Assembly: GCA_965248925.1 (NCBI GenBank)
Contig: CBDFLE010000004.1
Coordinates: 128,001-192,000, forward strand
From: Candidatus Multivoradales bacterium
Lineage (GTDB): Bacteria; Acidobacteriota; Thermoanaerobaculia; Multivoradales; J023
Reading direction: 5' to 3'
DNA length: 64,000 nucleotides
Shown: positions 57,542-64,000 of the stretch, in pieces
How positions within the stretch are numbered: position 1 is the first letter of the stretch
Layout of the letters: each line of letters opens with the position of its first letter
Position numbers and translations under genes: made by a program
Notes under the pieces: generated by a model
Seen by the model: the letters and a program-made list of their open reading frames with translations, nothing else
Databases searched by the model: none
Told to the model about the DNA's origin: nothing

Positions 57542-57577
57542 TGTCCCGTCCGCCGCGTTGTCCCGTCCGCCGCGTCC
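57542..57577 (+). repeat. Two tandem copies of the TGTCCCGTCCGCCGCGT(CC) boundary repeat
   Basis: 57542-57558 and 57559-57577, beginning 4 nt after the immunity stop codon. Confidence 0.9.
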
Positions 57578-57785
57578 GCGATCAAAATCGTAGCCAAACG
57601 GCCACTTTATTGGTCGCCTTCCTTCGTTGATGGACCCGCTCCTTGTCGCTCCTCTTCAGCTCACGCCGAGAATTTCCCAGACCGACGGCGATCTTCGCTA
57701 GCTGCCGAGAATCCGAGGCGCCTGAGCGAGCCTCACCGTGGACAGCGCGTCGCAGCAGCCCATCAACTCGCCAGCCTGAGCCGCT

Positions 57786-58700
57786 CTACTTGGGCGCATA
57801 GAAGCCAGAGAGCACTCCTTGCCAGGCGGTCATGAATCGTAGGTGCCCCCGTGAGGGCTTGCGGCCGGTCCAGACCTCGGCCGGTGTGCAGCCGTCGAGG
57901 TTCTGATGCGGGCGCAGTTCGTTATACCAAAACCGGAAGACATCCAACTGTCGCTGGGTCTTGTGGCCCGCTGGCAGCGGCTCGCGCCGCCGCCGCAGGC
58001 GCTCTTTGAAGGTGCCGAAGAAGCGCTCGATACGTCCGTTCTGCCACGGCGAGGCCAGCTGGGTGCGCTGGTGGCGAATACCCAGTATGGCCAGCGAAAG
58101 CCGGAAGATCCAAGATGTAAAGACTGGCTCGTTGTCAGTGCGCAAGCACTTTGGCTTGCCGCATAGCTCGATCGTGTCGAGCAGCTGGCGCACCAGTTCG
58201 ACCGATGCTTTGGTCTTCACTGCTTGAAGGCTCAAGCAGAGCCGAGTGCCGTGGTCGAGCAGGCCGAAGATGGTTTCTTTCTGGCCGGCGGTGTTATCAG
58301 CGTAGGTGAGATCGGCGGCCCAGATCAGCCGCTTGCCGCCGATCCCAGGTTTTCTCCTGCGGATCTTCCGGCGCCAAGCGAGAATCTCCAGCTGGTGCTC
58401 GTTGAAGATCTTTGCAACGTAGCTCTTGCCCACCGTCATTCGGCGATGGCGGTAGTTGCGATTGAAGGCTGCCGCGATCGCCCTACAGCCATCGTCGGGC
58501 TGCAACGCCTTGAGCCGGATCACCGCTTGGCGCACCCACTTGGGCTTGCGCCGGCAGAAGCCGCGATAAGTCGTTGGGTCGGGTGGACACTTGGCTCGGC
58601 GGCGGTGCTTCGCCCTGGGTTGCAGGGCGAGCGAAGTGAGCGCAAGAATCAGAAGCAACACGAACGCCCAGAGCAGGACGCCGGCAAGGTCGGAAGTCAT
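57786..58700 (-). CDS. rve/DDE integrase-core protein with hydrophobic N-terminus, copy 2
   Basis: 304 aa, 7 visible substitutions versus copy 1, DDE intact. Confidence 0.85.
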   Translation of the reverse strand: MTSDLAGVLLWAFVLLLILALTSLALQPRAKHRRRAKCPPDPTTYRGFCRRKPKWVRQAVIRLKALQPDDGCRAIAAAFNRNYRHRRMTVGKSYVAKIFNEHQLEILAWRRKIRRRKPGIGGKRLIWAADLTYADNTAGQKETIFGLLDHGTRLCLSLQAVKTKASVELVRQLLDTIELCGKPKCLRTDNEPVFTSWIFRLSLAILGIRHQRTQLASPWQNGRIERFFGTFKERLRRRREPLPAGHKTQRQLDVFRFWYNELRPHQNLDGCTPAEVWTGRKPSRGHLRFMTAWQGVLSGFYAPK

Positions 58701-58750
58701 TCCTTGAGAATACCGATCTCACGCAGCCTAGCCCGAGGTGCCGCGCTGCC

Positions 58751-59218
58751 TCACGTATCACCTCCCGAATGCCAGAAGCCCGGCTTGTGCAGCTCCAGCA
58801 CGAAGTCCACCTCGGCGGCCCTCCTCTCGTAGTCACGCCGCTCCTTCGCCGCCGCGATCCTGGCGGCGATCTCGCTGGCCAGGTGCTCTCCCTTGCCGGG
58901 TCGCGTCGGCAAGGCTTCCCTGGCCACGTCACGGAGGACTTGCTCCACCAGCGCCCGGTCCTTCTTCTTCGGGTCACAAGCGTGGTTGAGAAACCACAGG
59001 ATCAGCGCCGCGGGCTCGAGGAATCGGTGGTTGACCGCGGCCAGGAAGGCCGCGGTCAGCTCTTCGATCGGTGCGCTGGCAGAAAGCTTAATCTCAGCCA
59101 GGCTGTCGATGCTGGAATGATTGAGTCGCTGGTTGGCGCCGGTGATCTGAGCGGCGATCTGGCGTACTGTCTGGAGGATCTGTTCGGTGGTCATAGGCTT
59201 TCTGGACAGAGTGGCCAT
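58751..59218 (-). CDS. Hypothetical helical protein (155 aa), copy 2
   Basis: Paralogue of 36379..36846 with AGGAGG RBS. Confidence 0.75.
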   Translation of the reverse strand: MATLSRKPMTTEQILQTVRQIAAQITGANQRLNHSSIDSLAEIKLSASAPIEELTAAFLAAVNHRFLEPAALILWFLNHACDPKKKDRALVEQVLRDVAREALPTRPGKGEHLASEIAARIAAAKERRDYERRAAEVDFVLELHKPGFWHSGGDT

Positions 59219-59240
59219 TCTGGTGTTCCTCCTCGGTAAT

Positions 59241-59486
59241 CTATTGTTGGCGGATATTGACGCCGAAGCCGATGGCCATGGTTTCGATGGCTTGGGCCAG
59301 GGCGATGTGTTGCTCGGTGAGTTCGGCCTCCGGCGTGGCGGGCAGCTTGAGGGTCAGCAAAGTGCCTCGTAGATGAACTTCTTTGAGGTCACGGTTCAAG
59401 AAAAAGCACCCTCCGGGCAGAAGGGGCTGATTCTGCCCGGAGGGGTGGAGTCGCCGTGGTTGGGGAGGGACCACCACGGCCATCAC
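59241..59486 (-). CDS. Small hypothetical protein (81 aa), copy 2
   Basis: Paralogue of 36872..37111; overlaps the tail of the PCD-like ORF. Confidence 0.5.
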   Translation of the reverse strand: MMAVVVPPQPRRLHPSGQNQPLLPGGCFFLNRDLKEVHLRGTLLTLKLPATPEAELTEQHIALAQAIETMAIGFGVNIRQQ

Positions 59487-59754
59487 AGGGACTCAGGGAG
59501 CGAGCGAGGTCGAAATCTTCCGGCCGCAGACGGGCCGGTGCCACCGGCCCGATCCGTACCGAGACCCAGCGGCCGACCATCGCGGCTCTGGGTTCTAGGT
59601 TGGTGAGTTCACCGCGATAAAACACCCACTCGACGAAGATCAGGGAATCGCGCCAAGAGTCAAAGAGGTATTTGCGGGTGATCTTTTGTTGCCCTTTGAT
59701 TTGTCGCCAATCGGGTAGGGTGTTTAGGGCCTGTTGGATCTCTTCATCGGTCAT
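59389..59754 (-). CDS. PCD/DCoH-like protein, copy 2 (uninterrupted)
   Basis: Start MTDEEIQQ behind AAGGAG matches copy 1; 2 substitutions in the shared 89 aa. Confidence 0.7.
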   Translation of the reverse strand: MTDEEIQQALNTLPDWRQIKGQQKITRKYLFDSWRDSLIFVEWVFYRGELTNLEPRAAMVGRWVSVRIGPVAPARLRPEDFDLARSLSPCDGRGGPSPTTATPPLRAESAPSARRVLFLEP

Positions 59755-60028
59755 CACTCTCTCCTTGGGTCTAGGAGGATGGTAAAGCCAACAGATTTGA
59801 TCTGTGCAAATGATCTGGGCTGCGCCATATCCTGGAGCTGTGCATCTTGGACCTCCGCCTCCGAGGTCCATTCAGGAGTCAAAGAACCCGATATTGGACT
59901 CTGAGTGCACACTGGTTTGACATGGCTGCGCACTCTCGTGCAGCTTTGATGTTTTTCGTTCCAAGATTTCGGGGCGAGTCCAACGATGCGCTATACTTTG
60001 CCCCTGACCCAACTATCTGGAGGAGAGC

Positions 60029-61360
60029 ATGTCAGAAGTTCTATATCTATCCGACCATCAGCGGCTCCTAACTACACTGAGAACGCATGTGCGGCGGCAT
60101 CCGAGGTCACTTCAGGCTATCGAGAGGCGCCTCGGGTGGTCGCGTTCCTATCTGTCTCGCAAGCTTGGCGGTGCAATTTCCCTTTCTACGGAGCAGCTGC
60201 TTGAGATTCTTAAGATCGTTGATTTGAATCTGAGCGAGCTAGAAGCGAAGGCATCCTGGGTTGATGTCGAGGGCCTCCTTGAGGGTCTGCTGCCTGAAGG
60301 AAGTCGAAATCCAGCTCCGATTGTGGAGTTGCGACGAGTAGCTCGGGAGCTGGCGGAACGGGACGGGGTCATAGGCGAGAACATCGAAGTTGCTGAACCT
60401 CACTTGTCGACTCTGCTAGCTGTCGATCGGTTACGATTCTCTCATCCGTGGCCTGCTGCGAGACAAGCCTTCGCCGTGGCGGCCCATGTGGCTCCTGCGA
60501 TCAATGGAGACGAAGCAAAGGAAATATTCTCTCGGGCCGCAGGCGTGTACGCTTCCTGTTGTCGAATGGGCGGTTCGCCAGAAGACGGAGTCCGCGCCAT
60601 CCTTGTTGCCTTGTCCGCAGCGGGTTCGTCAAACCCGCAACTTCGAGCCTCGCTCATGGAGCGCGCTGCCTATCTGCTGATTTCTTTCGCTCAGAACCTC
60701 AATGCGATTGCGGTATTTGATTTGGCGGATTCGATCAATATTGGAACTGGTGATCGATCTTGCCGAGGCCGGCTTGCCGTGGGGCGAGGTGTAGCTTGGC
60801 ATCTGGAGAACGAGTTTCAGTTGTCAGCTACAGAGTTTCTATCGGCTTTGCAGCTTCTCAGTAATTGTGAGCAGGTATTTGCCGGATCGGCTCATCAATG
60901 TCTTGGGCAAGTTAGAATGGATGAAGGGGATCTCATCGGGGCTGCACGAGAAATCGAATTTGCCAGAACGTTGCTAGCCGATGGTGACGTGTATAGCCTA
61001 GGTATTGTAGAATGGACGGCTGCTCGTCTGGCTAGCAAGTGTGGTCAGTCGGAGCAGGCTGAATTGTTGTTTCGAGGAGCTGTCGACAACTTGATGAAGA
61101 TCAATCCGTTCGACACCACTTTGGTCTGTCTAGATTGGGTTAAGTTGCTTCTTGAAAAAGGTGAAGCCGCCGATGCCGTCTTGACAGCCAGGAGAACGGC
61201 TAGGTTAATTGAGCAATTCGAATCGAATCCGATTGCGGGTAGAACTATCCTGGAATTGAAGAAGGCATCTCTGAGGGGGCAGCTGACGTTCAGACTTGTA
61301 GGAGCGGCCCGGATGAGTATCGAGAGTGGGCGCTGCCTAGGCATACGCCCACTCTTTTGA
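60029..61360 (+). CDS. XRE-type HTH + TPR-like regulator, allele 2
   Basis: SLQAIERRLGWSRSYLSRKLGG HTH. Colinear with allele 1 (HVRRHP, HVAP.I.G, SCCR.GGS, INPFDT, SNP.AG, GIRP) but strongly diverged. GGAGG RBS. Confidence 0.8.
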   Translation: MSEVLYLSDHQRLLTTLRTHVRRHPRSLQAIERRLGWSRSYLSRKLGGAISLSTEQLLEILKIVDLNLSELEAKASWVDVEGLLEGLLPEGSRNPAPIVELRRVARELAERDGVIGENIEVAEPHLSTLLAVDRLRFSHPWPAARQAFAVAAHVAPAINGDEAKEIFSRAAGVYASCCRMGGSPEDGVRAILVALSAAGSSNPQLRASLMERAAYLLISFAQNLNAIAVFDLADSINIGTGDRSCRGRLAVGRGVAWHLENEFQLSATEFLSALQLLSNCEQVFAGSAHQCLGQVRMDEGDLIGAAREIEFARTLLADGDVYSLGIVEWTAARLASKCGQSEQAELLFRGAVDNLMKINPFDTTLVCLDWVKLLLEKGEAADAVLTARRTARLIEQFESNPIAGRTILELKKASLRGQLTFRLVGAARMSIESGRCLGIRPLF

Positions 61361-61463
61361 TCTAACCTCCCGGCATTATTGCAGGCCCGTACAGCGTGGC
61401 ACTGACTTTGCGCAGATAGCTCACCTGTGATCTCCTATTCCACGACATCGCCAGAGGGTCGGA

Positions 61464-64000
61464 TTGATCCTCCGGGTTCGTGATTTAGGCAACCCTACCC
61501 TGGAGATCTTCAACCGCGACCAGAGCACGACTTGGACGCTGGGGGAAGCGGTGCCGCCGGGCCTCACCCTGGCTCCGCCCAGCCCACCGAGCGGCACGGC
61601 GGCTGTCTCGCTCACCGTCAGTGGCATGGCGACGGCGGAGCGTCCGGTGACTCTGCGCAACCTCACCACCGGCGAGCGCGACAGCGCTCGCGTCGGCAGT
61701 CCTGGTGGCGGCGGTGCTGGCAGTTTCTCCCTGAGTCTCAGCGTGCGGCGCGGCGACCGCCTGGAGCTACTGCGCAACGAGCTGTCCTTGGCCTACGTGG
61801 CGGGTTACGACGCCGGGGTGGTGACGGTGGATCTGAACGCCGTCGAAGCGGTCGATGAGGAAGTCGACGATCCCTGGGATGCCTTCGATCTGCTGCGCTA
61901 CAACACTCACTATTTTGTACCGACCGAGGTGCTGTGCTCGACGTTTGAGAACGATCAGCGCTTCGACGTGATCGACGCGCGGGTGCTGCCGGCGGCGTCG
62001 GAGGGCGAGCCTTGGAGCGTGCTGGCCCTGGTCGAGAATTATGGCTTGCTGTCGCTGGGTGCCTCGGTCGCTGCGCCGCTCGACAAGCTGGCCTACCGCG
62101 ACGCTCTGTGCGGCGAGGTCGATGACAACCGCAAGATGGGGGGTCTCGATGTGCTGCCCGGCTACCGCTTCGATCGCAACGGCGACGGTGTGCTGGACGA
62201 CGAGGACCCCGAGCGTGACTTCGCGCTGCTCACCAACACCGTTGGTGGCGGGGGTCTTGGCTGGCTGCTGATTGTCGATGTCACCGAGCGCGATGAGCTG
62301 CTTCTTGTGGGCCGCATCGAGCTGCCCGGCCCGGCGACGCGGGTGACCGCTGACCCGGTCGGCCGCCGCGCCCTGGTGTCGGGCCACGGTGGTGGGGTCT
62401 ACATCGTCGACCTCGACCGCTGGCCCGAGCTGGGTGGAGGGGGCGGAACCCCTCAGATCTGGTCGAGCGATCGGGTGGTCGAGCGCCTGAGCTTTGGCGA
62501 GGACGTGCGCGCCCCCACCCTGGTGGCTCCAGAACTGGGCCTGGCCTTCGCCGGTGGCGTTGCCCGCGGCGTGACCCCCCTCAGCACCGGCCTGCCACGC
62601 CTGTCGCTGGTGACTAGCGGCAAAAAGGGACTGCGCCGGGTCGCCCGGTTGGCGCCATTTGGCGCGCCTAGCGCGCCGGAGAGCGCCGAGGAAGGTGCCG
62701 AAGAAATACCCGGCGTGATCCGCGTGCAGGCGCAGCTTCCTGGTGGCCTGGCCGATGCCGAGGGCAAGATCCGTGTCGACCTCGCGGGCATCGGCCCCGC
62801 CGGTTTGCCGGTGCGCGGCCTCGGCGAGGGGCTGATGGACGAGCCCATGGCCGAGCTGAAAGACGATAAGGCGCTGGTGCTACAACGGCAGTCGGACAAC
62901 CCCCTGTCAGAGGGCTACAACGTCTTCCTCTCCGACCCGGTGGTGCTGCTGGCTGACGTGCGCGCCTCGGCGCATTTCGAGCGCTCGGAGGCTGAGAAGA
63001 AGGTCTGCCGCCGCTGCGACCTGGTGGACGAGGGGGTCTACACCGCGGCCGATCTACCTCCCAACGAGCTGCATGTCGAGCTGCTGTCGGGTCATCAAGT
63101 GCGGGCGAGCTACAGCGCCGCCGTCGCCTCCAGCCTCACCGGCCTCTACGATGCCGACCTGCTAGCGGGCTACGCCGTCGTCGCCGATAGCGTGCCCTGG
63201 GATCTCAGCCCCTCGCCGCACCAGGAGCCGGCGCTCAATGCCGCCACTAGCGCGATGGCGGCGCCGGGCACCCTCCTGCACTCAGGAGAGATGACCCGCC
63301 AGGCGATCGACCTCAGCCTCCAAGGCCGGGGTTTAGATGTGGCCTTGGTGCGCACCTACCGCAGCCAAACGATCAGCAACGGCCCCCTCGGCCCGGGCTG
63401 GGATCATGGCTACCGCCTGCGCTTGCGGCTCTTGCCCAATGGCGATATCGACTTCTTCGACGGCACTGGCCGCCGCGAGACCTTCACCTTGGAAGACGAC
63501 CGCGAGCTGAAGCCGCCCGTCGGCCGCTTCGTCCAGCTCAAGAAGTACGCCGAGGGCTACACCCTGATCGGCAGCGGCTACCAGCGCTGGCGTTTCGACC
63601 GCTGGGGTCGCCTGGTGTCGATGATCGACTCGGTGCGCACCAGCGAAGAGACCGGCAACGAGATCACCTTCCACTACGACTCCCACTCGCGCCTGGCGCG
63701 GATCCACGACGATCTCGGCCGCAACACCCTCCTGCACTACGACGACGAAGGCCGTCTGGAGAAGATCGAAGACTTCAGCGATCGCGACTTCCTCTACCAC
63801 TACGACGCCCAGGGAAGATTGACCAGTTTCGAGACTCCAGACGTCGACCTAGGCAGCGGCAGCAGCCAGCGCCTGTCGACCACCTACGCCTACCATCCCC
63901 TTGGCACCGGCCTGGCTGGCCAGCTCACCCAGCGCGATGATCTGAAAAGCGAGACCGACGCCAAGAGCCAGACCTGGCTCACCCTGCGGTATCAGGACTC
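61464..64000 (+). CDS. Third RHS copy, N-terminally truncated (orphan-type), continues beyond window
   Basis: Homology to RHS 1/2 starts at ~61503 (EIFNRDQSTTW), about 2560 codons into the full gene. Frame appears open to the window end. Possible TTG start at 61464 behind GAGGG; no signal peptide. Confidence 0.8.
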   Translation, partial: MILRVRDLGNPTLEIFNRDQSTTWTLGEAVPPGLTLAPPSPPSGTAAVSLTVSGMATAERPVTLRNLTTGERDSARVGSPGGGGAGSFSLSLSVRRGDRLELLRNELSLAYVAGYDAGVVTVDLNAVEAVDEEVDDPWDAFDLLRYNTHYFVPTEVLCSTFENDQRFDVIDARVLPAASEGEPWSVLALVENYGLLSLGASVAAPLDKLAYRDALCGEVDDNRKMGGLDVLPGYRFDRNGDGVLDDEDPERDFALLTNTVGGGGLGWLLIVDVTERDELLLVGRIELPGPATRVTADPVGRRALVSGHGGGVYIVDLDRWPELGGGGGTPQIWSSDRVVERLSFGEDVRAPTLVAPELGLAFAGGVARGVTPLSTGLPRLSLVTSGKKGLRRVARLAPFGAPSAPESAEEGAEEIPGVIRVQAQLPGGLADAEGKIRVDLAGIGPAGLPVRGLGEGLMDEPMAELKDDKALVLQRQSDNPLSEGYNVFLSDPVVLLADVRASAHFERSEAEKKVCRRCDLVDEGVYTAADLPPNELHVELLSGHQVRASYSAAVASSLTGLYDADLLAGYAVVADSVPWDLSPSPHQEPALNAATSAMAAPGTLLHSGEMTRQAIDLSLQGRGLDVALVRTYRSQTISNGPLGPGWDHGYRLRLRLLPNGDIDFFDGTGRRETFTLEDDRELKPPVGRFVQLKKYAEGYTLIGSGYQRWRFDRWGRLVSMIDSVRTSEETGNEITFHYDSHSRLARIHDDLGRNTLLHYDDEGRLEKIEDFSDRDFLYHYDAQGRLTSFETPDVDLGSGSSQRLSTTYAYHPLGTGLAGQLTQRDDLKSETDAKSQTWLTLRYQD

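Larger units (their letters stand above)
57733..59784 (-). repeat. Conserved accessory module, duplicate of 35361..37119 + 39649..39943
   Basis: Near-identity runs from TCACCGTGGACAGCGCG to CTAGGAGGATGGTA once the IS is removed from copy 1. Confidence 0.92.

Noticed and set aside
19412-64000. Diversity-generating retroelement explaining the RHS variants
   Set aside because: No reverse transcriptase; differences between copies are not adenine-specific and span many kb.

Overview
GC-rich bacterial DNA (roughly 65-70% GC in the giant genes by eye, clearly lower in toxin tips, immunity genes and HTH-TPR genes). The first 5 kb hold the 3' end of a sodium:solute symporter, two divergent tandem-HTH-repeat genes, several gene fragments and an AraC-type regulator. 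The rest is a polymorphic toxin locus. A 4727-aa secreted Ig/glycine-rich protein is followed by a tandem array of giant (~5050-aa) signal-peptide-bearing RHS proteins: two complete copies and a third, N-truncated copy running off the window. Each complete RHS ends in a different toxin (unknown family; peptidoglycan amidase) plus a candidate immunity gene. Each is then followed by the same accessory module: a TGTCCCGTCCGCCGCGTCC boundary repeat, an rve/DDE integrase with a hydrophobic N-terminus, two hypothetical genes, a PCD-like gene lacking its catalytic histidines, and a divergent, highly variable XRE-HTH/TPR regulator. Module 1 is interrupted by a 2.5-kb IS whose empty site is visible in module 2. 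An identical 13-N11-13 inverted repeat precedes both giant-gene transcription units. The best candidate for an undescribed system is this integrase- and regulator-linked RHS cassette array. All family calls come from motif recognition by eye; no searches were run.
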